64,000 nt of DNA. It comes from Podarcis muralis. Taxonomy: Eukaryota. The notes beneath the pieces are model-generated. The model did not search any database and was not told where the DNA came from. It was given only the letters and a program-made list of their open reading frames with translations. Shown here piece by piece: positions 1 through 10,539 of the stretch (position 1 is the first letter of the stretch; each line of letters opens with the position of its first letter). The stretch covers positions 51,770,001-51,834,000 of the forward strand of contig NC_135657.1 in the NCBI RefSeq assembly GCF_964188315.1, written 5' to 3'. The position numbers were made by a program, and so were the translations under genes.

Positions 1-1095
1 AATAATTGTTGGCATCTCTGTTTCAGAAGACAATGGAGAAGTGCACCTTTAGGGTGAAGTCAAACTGTTAGAAAGTTGCAGCACCTGCTGTCACTGTAGA
101 GACTAGTGTAGAGGAAGAGACATGCTTTGTTGCAGCTGGGGCAGATGAAGGCATCTGGTTGTGCTGCTGCAGATATACCATGGTGTTTCTTCTCCCTTCA
201 CTCCTCCCAGCGGTCATTTCTCCTCTGGTCACTGCTATGGATACACATCTTGACAGCCTGTCTCCAGGCACTGCAGTCATCTGCATGGGATTCCCACATA
301 GCACGGTTGATGTCGCCAGCCTTCGTGTCCCGTTTGCAGACATCTTTGCAACACAGAGTTGGTCTGCCCACAGTCCTAGTCCCTGAAGCCAGCTCCTCAT
401 AAAGCATGTCCTTGGGGTCCCCGCATCTTCCATTCTATGGGCTTGACTGAGCCAGTGTAGCTATTGCCGAGACAGGAGTGCGAACATGTTGGGAATGTGG
501 GCTTGTGAGAGTGTTAGCAGTGAGTTTAATTCTCTGACACAGCTTTGGCCAGTAGTCAATGGCAAATTGTCTAGCAATCCATTGGCTCTCCACTGGGCCT
601 TGCCTTTCTCAGTGTAGCAAATGCTTTTTCACAGGGTGCACACTTGTAGTTCACAGGAGCCTCACACTTTGCAGCAATAACAAGCTCCATGTCCTTTATG
701 CCAGCCTCAAAGCAGTTGGGGATCTGTTGCTCTCTTTTGCCAAAGTAGGACATAGCTGTGTTGTAGATTGCCTCTTTGATGTTGTCCTACCTTGCTTCAA
801 CACCTATCTCTGAAGCGGATCAATACAGCATGTTCAACAAAACCAGAGCAGCATTCACAAATTTGAAGTATGGATGTTCTGACAGTGTTGATTCAAGACC
901 ACACTTTATGCGTTGTACTATGGGCCCTCTTTGGCTGGAGATGGATCTTGCTCGCCACCAAGGAGTTATCCATGTCTCAGTCGGCACTGCGGTAGCTCTG
1001 TGTGACACGAGCACAGTTCAGTGCTGATAGCCTGGTGACAATCAAGTCCAACTGGTGTTGGTGACAGCAAAGTTAAACTTATCTACAAACCAGTT
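1..1095 (-). mobile_element. Decayed, internally deleted RTE-clade LINE (endonuclease end + linker joined to post-RT C-terminus and 3' UTR)
   Basis: Minus-strand translations give QLDLIVTR..TQSYRSAD*DMDNSLVASKIHLQPKR (EN C-terminus), DNIKEAIYNTAMSYFGKREQQIPNCFEAGI..LRKAR (linker), then AHIPNMFALLSRQ*LHWL..HRMED and MLYEELASGTRTVGRPTL..KDVCKRD..WESHADD.SAWRQAVK (C-terminus). Many stops and frameshifts. Confidence 0.8.
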
Positions 1096-1911
1096 TATCA
1101 CACTATGCTTACTAAGTCCCACATATCAATACTTCACTATTTGAGAAAATATTAATCTTCCTTGACAAAAGTAATCTAGAATCTGGCTGATAAATTGTGG
1201 CCTTTGTCCTATTTTATTTTATTTTGAAAAATTTGGTTTACTCTGTAGAATAACCTTAAATAACTATATAAAATCTTACCTGCATTTTAGCTGCCTTAGT
1301 GAAGCAATTTTATAGCATGGATCATTTGCTAATAGTTTTAAGCAGTCATACCTTGGGGGAGGACAGTATACCAGCAAACTTGAAATTTTCTTCTACTACA
1401 AAATACCATCTAAGTCTGAACTTTCACTCCTTCATCATCTAACATCTAATTATTTCAGTCTTGGAAAGTCACCAAAAAAGCTGAGGGAATGCCATCTTCA
1501 GCACCACATAATTTCATTGCTGACATTCTGAATTCTTCACAGTAGGGCTTGAGACATGGGTCCCCTTACTAGAGCTGGCACTGAGAAAAACGGCTTATTT
1601 TGTTAGACCAATGCTAGCATTTAATGCCAAAGACCATGATGTATGCTAACTTCCATCATTTCTTCCTCAGACATCTGACAGAAAGCCAAACCAATTCCAG
1701 TGAGAATATTCATTCATTTCAGGCTACTCTGAGAACTGAGGTGGACAAATATGCCTCGAGAGTATGCAACAGTAGGGTTCCACAAATTCAATTATACCCT
1801 TCAGTTATGCACTTAAGCTACTGTGAAGCACTATGATATACAATGGACTTCCAAACTAATTCTGTGCCACTAATATTACACTGTACATGCTACATATGAA
1901 CAACATTGCTG

Positions 1912-2047
1912 CCAAACTCCAAGCATCTCTATTTCCCAGGGATGTCCCTGATTTAGAGAAGCCATCCAGGTTTCTGATTTGATCCCAGAATGTTTCACCT
2001 TTCCTTAGGATATCCCTATTTTCTCTGGAGAAATGTTGGAGGGTATG
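1912..2047. mobile_element. hAT-like MITE joined to an L2-type 3' tail (tail runs to about 2440)
   Basis: Ends in ..aatgttggagggtatg with a degenerate matching left end. It is followed by ..catctgaaggca..ggttttttaatg..gctgcctagagtggctggggcaacccag..ataaatag, which resembles an L2 tail. Confidence 0.5.
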
Positions 2048-2087
2048 GAGTTATTCGAACCACAAGCCATCTGAAGGCATTCCTGTA

Positions 2088-2332
2088 CAGTGGACACTAG
2101 AGTTGCGAATGTGATCCGTGTAGGATGCACATTCGCAACCCGCAGCGGTGCATCTGCGCACATGCACGTTGCAATTCGGTGCTTCTGCACATGCGCAAAG
2201 TGCGATTTAGCGCTTCTGCACATGCACGACCCCCGAAACCCGGAAGTAACCCGTTCCGATACTTCCGGGTTTCAGCGGGCCCGTAACCTGAAAAAACGCA
2301 GCCTGAAGCGTCTGTAACCCGAGGTATGACTG
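2088..2332. mobile_element. Tc1/mariner (Tigger-like) MITE nested in the L2-type tail
   Basis: TA|cagtggacact...gaggtatgactg|TA; same terminal motif family as the other Tigger MITEs. Confidence 0.75.
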
Positions 2333-2675
2333 TATATGAAAGGTTTTTAATGTTCAATGTTTTATTATGTTTTTCTATATGTTGGAAGCTGCCTAGAGTG
2401 GCTGGGGCAACCCAGTATAGGGTGTAAATAGTAAAATTATCATTATGGAATGGGTCCCTATTTTAATCAGAGAAAAGTTGGTGAAATGTTCATTGCCCAA
2501 ATAGAATTGTGCTACACCTCAGCTCTTAGACTGGGCCTTTAGTAAAAAACACCAAATGTATGTGTAGCAACCCATTGCTGTGTAAGTAATCTAGTTGATC
2601 GAGGCCGAGAATAGTTCTTTTCGACATCTGTATTATGGCCCACACCAACTGAAGAATTGAATGAACACTGAAATG

Positions 2676-2875
2676 NNNNNNNNNNNNNNNNNNNNNNNNN
2701 NNNNNNNNNNNNNNNNNNNNNNNNNNNNNNNNNNNNNNNNNNNNNNNNNNNNNNNNNNNNNNNNNNNNNNNNNNNNNNNNNNNNNNNNNNNNNNNNNNNN
2801 NNNNNNNNNNNNNNNNNNNNNNNNNNNNNNNNNNNNNNNNNNNNNNNNNNNNNNNNNNNNNNNNNNNNNNNNNNN
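2676..2875. other. Assembly gap (200 N)
   Basis: Run of exactly 200 N; ORFs spanning it are artefacts. Confidence 0.99.
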
Positions 2876-5800
2876 AAAACCGAGGGGCCAACATTAAGTA
2901 CAAGACATGTCTTGCCCCCTAGTCTTGCTGGTGTCAAGATGTAAGTGCACAGCCAGTCAAGGCTGGTCCATTAGGACCAATGGAACACTGCTCCATCGAA
3001 CTCAGCCTGCCCTCAGTCAGTGCCCACCTGCCTGTCTACTTGCAATCAGCTCAGGATGTGGGGGGGAGGACGGGGATGGACAACGACGACTACCTGTCAG
3101 CTCCCTCCTTCTTAGTCTTAATGTTGTCCTTGTAGAACTCAGCAGGGAAGAGGGTAGGGACAAAAGAACAACTAGTTGGCTCTACCTGTCATTGGCTCTA
3201 GCATCACCTACCACTGCTGGTCTCACTACATCCTGCCCTACCAGCTCCAATGAGCACCAGCCACCACTGCTGTCAGCAGATCCTTGATCTGGATGGAGAG
3301 GCAGGAGTTCAGCTAGCACACCATCGCTTTGCTGAATCTCCTTCCCTACCTGCTCAGCAGGAGTCTTATTCTGCTGCACATCAAACCGGGGAGGAGGGTA
3401 GTGAGAACTGAGGATGAACAAGTTAACCTTTAAATGTGCATTTTAAAGTTGTAGGTACTAAAAATTTTATGGCAAAAACTTGGATTGGATGTTTTATTTA
3501 CTGCATGGGCATTGGAAAAACCAACTACTTACACACACATGCTTCACCCTTCAGAAATGTTTGCTATCGCATTTTAAAACTTATCACTCCAGCATGAGGG
3601 CTAAAAATATATTGTTAAGCTACAACTTGATATTCCCTGAATTTTTACCGTTAATCCTAATTCTTGCCAAGCTAGGAGTGGTAGACGCACAAGTGGGCCC
3701 ATACAAGGGATACAGCCTCTAATCTCCCCAGCTGCTCAGACCTGTGATATGGTCTCTTTAGAGGTTGTGGAAGGTCAACTTTGGCTTCAGCTCACAGTGC
3801 CTCCATGCCACAGCCCAAATAGTTGTAAATGTGGTCTGGTCAGAACTGGCTCAGCGTGGTGGCGGCTGGTTACCTGATACCCTCCCTCCACTGTTGTATA
3901 AAGAGCAGAGGTAGCCAAGGGAAAGGGAGGCAGAGAGTGGCTAATAGTCTACATGAACGAGGTCAGTCCACAGTGGAAGGATGTGGACCACTGGGGCACT
4001 ATCTGTTGCAGAAGGACCATATTTCATCCCAATGTTGAAACTAGCAAAACAACTAGCAGCAAGGGCTGCAAATTCCAGGAAAAGGACACCCATTGAGAGT
4101 CAGAAACTGAGAAGGGAGAAATAATGTATTGTGGAAGCTTTAAGCACCAAACTGGTTTGCTTTACGTAAAGTCAGTTGAAACTGTTACATAATTAAAAGA
4201 CGGTGTCTGCAATGAACTGGGCTTCTTGACTGAGGAAAAACATACATCCTCTATGTTATGTGATGAAAGATTTGACTGAAGGACTTCTTTTCTATGAAGG
4301 AGCAGTATCTCACAAAGGGGTATACCACTTGACCTGCTCTATTTTTTCATAACTGGTCTAGCAGGTTTTCCTGTAATTTAATGTGTTACCTGTATCTGAG
4401 GTAACCTAAAGCTTCTTACCAAGCACACAAGCGCTCTTTTCTATAATGCAAGGCACCTGCAAGTGGTATCTTTAAGGCTCTTAGCAAGTTGTTCACCTGC
4501 TATCTCCTTGCTGGTGGCAATTGACGGAATTTAGTAAAATCAGTACATTTCTGCTTTGTGTTTATGAATGTGCATGCCCACACACTGCAATAAGATTACA
4601 ATATTAAAACTATGTCCATTTTTTAAACTGGAATTCTGAAACCTACATCACTATAGGAGAGATATTTGATTCTTTGTTGTCTTCTGATTTCTTACAACTA
4701 CTTGGCATCAATGTATCGATTTAAAAGGCCAGAAACTATGTATTGTACTGTGTTCATTGCTTTAGACCAAAATAGTTAGCAGATGCAGGGTTTAAGTAGG
4801 CAATTTAAGCAGCATCCCTTCAGCATACTGAGCACCTAAATGGACCCTTTTGAGAAAATACTTTGTTTGGCATGTATTTTATCTATTAAAAATGCAGTTA
4901 TTAGTGAACAGTAAATTATTAAGCAAAAACAATGTAACCATCCTCTCAAACATAAAAACTTACAGCAAACTGCTTGCATCAATGTTAAATTTGTCCAAGG
5001 ATTCTACTATTACTAGAAGAAACTATTAATTGTCTCACAACATTTAGCCTCTACAGTATTTTTCTCAAGGAATATACAGCAGGTTGTTTTTTTCTAATGC
5101 AAAGAACACTATTGGTTACTGAACAATATCTTTAGTTTTCTGGCATTACAGTCAATCTCACGTTATTATAATAATTATATAATTCATTACACTCAGAGTA
5201 CACATTAAAACATTATGAAGTCACACTGCTGGCAGAGGAGCAAGGTGGGCGAATGTACTATTACAACAATGGGGTAAGAGACGCTATCGCCCATAATAAC
5301 TTGCTGTCCCAGAGCTGTTAAAAACAGGCAGTGCAGGCTTGGGGAATCTCAGTATTTGGAAACTATTATAAGATTCCTTCAAGGCCCCTTTCAATTCTGA
5401 AAACTTCCCTCCAAGGACTTGGTTTTTGAAATATTTCCAGCTCTGCTCTGAAGCTTCTCTTTGGCTAAGGCATCAAATCATCAACCCATTTGTAACAGGA
5501 GTCCTATTAAAGTCAAAGAGACTGCTATAAAATTGATAGATGGCAAACTGATACTTATAGCTGCAAATCACATACTTCAAAAATAGTCTCATTGACTTCA
5601 GTGATACTACTTCTGAGGAAGTGGCTGAAGGGGTGCAACCTACACATAACTCTGCACACAGCAGCCTTTACTCAATAATGTCCTGCCATCAAGAGCATTG
5701 TCCTATGCTTTTGCTTATGATGCCATGCCTTCAGCAGCTACAATGTTTCTCTTCCAAATAGAGTAGGCATAAAAATTAGTTTCACACCTCACATAGAGTG

Positions 5801-6959
5801 TCTCAACCAGAGGCCCTTGATTTTTATATGGAATACACATACATGAATTCTCAAATGTCTTTGCAATACAGGGGCAGGATCCTATTCAAAGAAGTGACTC
5901 ATACAGGGTAAGGTGTGATGGGTGGGGTTTGCTGGAGATGAGAGATGAACAAAGATGACAGGACAGGCTGTTTCTGAATTGCATACTACACTGCAAACCT
6001 GCACAGATTTATCTGGGGGAAAGTCACACTGAATTTAGTAGGGCTTGTTTCATACAGAAACGTCCTGTAAGTGCTACAGAAAATATTATTTTTATTTTTA
6101 AAGATTTTTATCCCATCCTTCTTCCCAAAGGAGCCCAGGTTAACAGAAGAGATGGTGATGTACTACACGTGGGCTAGAGAGTGAGTCTCACTGAAATTTT
6201 AGGACTTACTTTTGAGAAAAGAGTAGGCTCAAACAATAATTTAGCCAATCCTATGCAGGTCTACTCAGAAGTAAATATTCTGCAATGGAATTTACGCCTA
6301 GGTAAATATTACAAGCTTGCAGCCTAAGGCCTGTAAACACGCTACAGTGTAAGCCCCATTGACCATAGTATAGCGGGACTTCTTTCTGAGTAAACTAGCA
6401 TCCGCTTGCACAGTAATTCTCTACACTTTGTTCAAAATATTAGAATGTTTGAATGATCACGTCTACATCAATGAATCTTCCTAAATGCAAGCAGTAGTTT
6501 GCCAAACTTTGTGAAAGTGTAGTTTAAGCCTAAAAAATTGATAATCCTAAAAGCAACCTGAATAGCAATCCTTGTGAAAAACAGAATTCTGTGGGCTCAA
6601 TGAAAGATTTAAAAACAATGTTGGTGGTAACACACAGGGGAAGTACCGATTTACAAGTTTTGTCTCGATATCTACAGGTCTATAAGGTGGCATACAAATT
6701 TAATAAATAATAATAATAGAAGTTAAACAAGGCCCACAGCTCCAGCCTGTATAAAAATAAGCAGTGAGATTTGAAAATAGAAATGATTCTAATTAAAACC
6801 AGAGAAAGAAAAGAGGCTTTGGCCATAGAGCTAAATTATTATAGCTGTTGCAGGTGAGGTGATTTCCCAAATGTTTGCCGTCACCTGACTTTATAGCAAC
6901 AGTTGAAACAGTATGGTGTGGTGGGATATATTGTGATGACAGGAGATTGTGTATATATA

Positions 6960-7279
6960 CAGGGCCAGATTTAGGTTTGATGAGGCTCTAAGCTACTGAA
7001 GGTAATGCGGCCCTTTATAAGTCCAGCTGTCCTTTGGCAACAACAAATTGTCACTGTTTTTGTTGTTGTTGTATATATGCTATATGGTAACTTATGGACC
7101 TAATAGGTATCTAAAGCCATTTGCCACTGTTGCTGTATGTATGTTTTATTTTATTTGTTTTTTTATCTTATATTTTGGAAATGTACATCCAGTGCTTTTT
7201 TCCTTTAAATTTTTGGGGGCCCCCAAGAGAGTGGGGCCCTAAGCTATAGCTTGTTTAGCTTGTACGTAAATCCTGTGCG
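6960..7279. mobile_element. hAT-like non-autonomous element
   Basis: Starts cagggccagattta and ends ..gggccctaagctatagcttgtttagcttgtacgtaaatcc (degenerate inverted terminus). Confidence 0.55.
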
Positions 7280-7537
7280 CGCACACACACACCCACATAT
7301 ATACAGTGTAGACTGATTAAAGTGTGGCTTAAATGGCATTGCCCACCGTAGTGGGTGACGTTCCTTTGGAGGAAGGTGTGTGTAAATGATGCCCAGGCGC
7401 ACTTTGCCCAGGCTGGCCCTTCCCCACCTCTCGCGAACGAGTTTGCAGCCCCTTCCTTCCCGGTGTGGCTCCAGAGGGGGGGAGAGGGGGGAACCAAACG
7501 ACCCGAAAGCCAGCTGCAACTGGCTGGTCACACATAC

Positions 7538-7675
7538 CACGGTGTTTTTCATCATGGCTTTGACGGTGAATCCATCGCTGACCTGCTTCTTGCTTCTTCT
7601 GGCATGCCTCAGCGGCTCCTGCAGTTGTGGGGGTCTGTCTTTCTGGGGGCTGGGGCCCTCTTTCTCCGCCACCAT
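7538..7675 (-). CDS. PACRG: Parkin co-regulated gene protein, first coding exon (46 codons)
   Basis: MVAEKEGPSPQKDRPPQLQEPLRHARRSKKQVSDGFTVKAMMKNTV matches the recalled human N-terminus (MVAEKE...VSEGFTVKAMMKNSV). A phase-0 donor GTG|gtatgt at 7537 falls at the equivalent position, and the gene is divergent from PRKN exon 1. Confidence 0.95.
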
Positions 7676-7699
7676 CACCTCAGGCGGCTGCTTGGGAAA

Positions 7700-8290
7700 T
7701 TAAAGAACTTGAGGACGGAAATTCACAAAAACAAAAAACCCGATAACGACCTTTTTTTTTTTTTTTAAGCACTCCTCCCCTTCCTAAATTCCGTCCCCCT
7801 GCATCAGCTCTTCCTCAGCCCCCGCGCAGGCTTCTGTGCAGATTCGGGATGAAGGAAGGGGGAGGGGGGGAAAGATTGGCCTGTTTCTAACACCAACTCG
7901 CTTCTAGGGACTCCGTTGCTAGGCGACGCGTCAACAACGAGCATGTGCAGCTCGAGAACGCTGCCCGTGTCGGGAGCCTCGGCACCACCGCGAAGCTGGG
8001 CTCGATGCGCACGCGCGGTAGCAGCAGCTGAAGTCCTTCGCCTTCTTGTCTTGCCCTCAGTTGAGGCGAGGTTTTTCTTGCCTCTGGCTGAGAACCTACG
8101 AGTGACTCGAACCCGGAAGGAGCTGAAAGGCGTGCAAAGATCTGCCGGGAGCCGAAGCGGGGCCCGGCACCGCTCCTGCGGGACTGGGGCAGGTTAAAGA
8201 GGACAAAGTATCCGGCGAGAACAGAGCATGCTCGATAATTCATATTGAGGTCGCTGCGCCTTCCTTACCTGCTGTTGAACGCCCCAACGT
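7700..8290 (-). promoter_or_regulatory. PACRG-proximal CpG-rich promoter module
   Basis: High CpG density. CCAAT at 7875-7879 (minus strand), RFX X-box GTCGCCTAGCAAC at 7915-7927 (minus strand), perfect NRF1 consensus TGCGCACGCGCG at 8006-8017, and a minus-strand donor CAG|GTAAGG at 8269/8268. Confidence 0.75.
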
Positions 8291-8479
8291 TTATGCCAGT
8301 TGAAGAAGATAGTGAAAATTAGGTTGTCCTATTATAATGAGAGATCGTGTCTGATCCTGGTCCCGGAGAGGGAAGGTTAATAGGATTGTGCTCTGAGAAG
8401 CACCGTAGAAAGGAAAAAATACAGGCAGAGATACCACCTCTCATGGAAATAGAACCACACAGAGCTGTAGAGTTGGGAG

Positions 8480-8569
8480 CATAGCTGTCAACGTTTCCCT
8501 TTTATTAAGGGAAATTCCCTTATTCCGAATAGGACTCCTCGCAAGAAAAGGGAAAAGTTGACAGCTATG
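8480..8569. mobile_element. 90-bp hAT MITE
   Basis: 13-bp perfect TIR catagctgtcaac / gttgacagctatg; 8-bp TSD gttgggag / gttgagag. Confidence 0.9.
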
Positions 8570-9037
8570 GTTGAGAGGGAACCGACGGTCATCTAGTCCA
8601 ACCCCCTACAATACAGGAATCTCAACTTGCGATCCCCGATCCACTTTGAAACTAGAGTAGACCCCCTTTAGCTTTGCAAATGTGCTAGAAGTTTATTGCA
8701 ATGTGCTAGCAGTTTTATTGCTGCACCGCTAGGAGGGTGCCTCTCCATCATCCCCGCCCCGCCTCCACTATTACCTCTTGTGAATTATTTTTCTTTTCCT
8801 TTATTTCCAAAACATTGTTTCGTATAGAACTGCTGATAATACAGACAGTGCAGAAATCCTGTGCGTGCTCCGCTGAAATAAACAGGACTCGTTTCCAAGG
8901 ATCTTAATTGATCACTCTCCACTCCTGCAAAAGCAACTCATGGGACAGAATATATATCTATTGCTGACTTCTGTCTTATCTTGGGAGACAAAACAAAAAA
9001 TTCCTTCCAGTAGCACCTTAAAGACCAACTAAGTTAG

Positions 9038-9087
9038 TTCTTGGTATGAGCTTTCGTGTGCATGCACACTTCTTCAGATACCAAGAA
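9038..9087 (-). ncRNA. Minimal type I hammerhead ribozyme (PLE-type)
   Basis: Minus strand reads UUCUUGGUAU-CUGAAGA-A-GUGUGCAUGCACAC-GAAA-GCUC-AUACCAAGAA: 10-bp helix I, CUGANGA and GAAA core, palindromic helix II and a minimal palindromic helix III (AGCU). Confidence 0.75.
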
Positions 9088-9125
9088 GTATCTGACGAAG
9101 TGTGCATGCACACGAAAGCTCATAC
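9088..9125 (+). ncRNA. Minimal type I hammerhead ribozyme (PLE-type), second copy
   Basis: GUAU-CUGACGA-A-GUGUGCAUGCACAC-GAAA-GCUC-AUAC; helix I is only 4 bp. Confidence 0.65.
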
Positions 9126-10539
9126 CAAGAACTAACTTAGTTGGTCTTTAAGGTGCTACTGGAAGGAATTTTGTTTTGTTTTGACTATGGCAGACCAACA
9201 CGGCTACCTATCTGTACTTGGGAGACAAGTGCACCTTCAGGGGTGAAGTCAACAGAAGACTGTAGGAGAGTTACAGTGTCTGCTGTGGCTGTAGAGGCTG
9301 ATATGGGAGAGACATGTTTTGTTGCAACTGAAAAGTTGAAGGCTTCCGGTTGTGCTGATACAGATGCATCACAGCATTTCTTCTCTCTGCGCTCCTCCCA
9401 GATACCATTCCTCCTCTGATCACTGCTGTGGATAAACCACTTGACTGTCTGTCGCCCGGCACTGTGATTGTCTGTAAGCATGGTGGGGGTGATGTTGCCA
9501 GCATTCATGTCTTATTTGTAGACATCTTTGTAAGAGTTGATTCACCAATGAGCCTGGTGCCTGAGGAGCATGTCGTTGGGGAACCTGCCATCTTCCATTC
9601 TGTGGAATATGTGTGTGTATATACACAGACACACAGACACACACTCCTACACATTATGCTTGTTTTACTGCTTTTGTTTGACTGGCATATCGTATTATAT
9701 TTTAGTACAATGATGTTAAATTTTTTATAAAGTTCCCATAATTTTTGGTAACTTGTGCTTTGAACACACTTGATAAAACTAAACATTATTTCATTTGGTA
9801 ACTTGGCTGCCATATTATTCAGAAGTGTCATTTAATTTCATAGGTCTTCTTCCCAGAGAAATGGGGTTGACTGCAGCCTTAGGTTATGTACATTTATTTA
9901 GTTATTTATTTACATTTCTATACTGTACTGTCTTTCATCCAAGGATGACAGGGCGGTTTGAATATAAAAACAATACATACCATTCTAATAAACAAAAACA
10001 ATACCACCCCATACAGTTTAAAAGGCCATAGATTGTTTAGTTAGCCAAAGGCTACCTGGGAGTGAGCATCACAGAATTCATTGATGCTTACTTCTGAGTA
10101 GATATGTAGCAGGTTTGTGCTGCATTTGCTATAGGACTAACCAAGGCATATCTTTGCTGTTTTTGTGTTTTTAACTGATTTTAATTATCCAATATGTAAA
10201 TCTCCTTGAGACTGTGGTTTAGAAGGTGGATAATAAATCAACAATAGTAATAAATACACACGTCTATTCAGAATTCAACGGGGCTTACTTCCAGGTATAG
10301 GATTGCAGCTTAAATATCCTGGGAAGTGTTTTAAACTCACACTTCCTTATTGCTACTTTTCCAACAATTCAGTTGACACTTGATTCACCTTTGACACATT
10401 TCTTGGGAGTGGTGGAACCCAGCGGGACTTACACCTGCGTAAAAATTGCTATATGAATGTGCTGCACCTGCTCCAAATACGCATCCTCTCTCTCCACCTC
10501 CTAAAGCTAGTGAAAGCGTGGTAAGCAAAGGCAAAAAGG

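Larger units (their letters stand above)
8992..9216. mobile_element. Penelope-like element remnant in inverted (fold-back) configuration
   Basis: About 90-bp inverted arms (8992-9081 / 9088-about 9177), differing by one substitution plus the A/T-tract end. Flanked by the 12-bp direct repeat cttgggagacaa (8980-8991, 9217-9228). Carries hammerhead motifs typical of PLE pseudo-LTRs. Confidence 0.8.
8957..9605 (-). mobile_element. RTE-clade LINE 3' fragment, interrupted by the Penelope insertion
   Basis: Same family as 1-1095 (gtgcaccttcaggggtgaagtcaa.., ..catcttccattc). Confidence 0.75.

Noticed and set aside
2526-2937. ORFs containing X runs
   Set aside because: Artefacts of the 200-N gap.
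7355-7768. Plus-strand 137-aa and 105-aa ORFs
   Set aside because: Antisense shadows of the GC-rich PACRG exon and CpG island.
7887-8243. 118-aa (-) and 93-aa (+) ORFs
   Set aside because: GC-rich promoter sequence with few stops and no recognisable protein.
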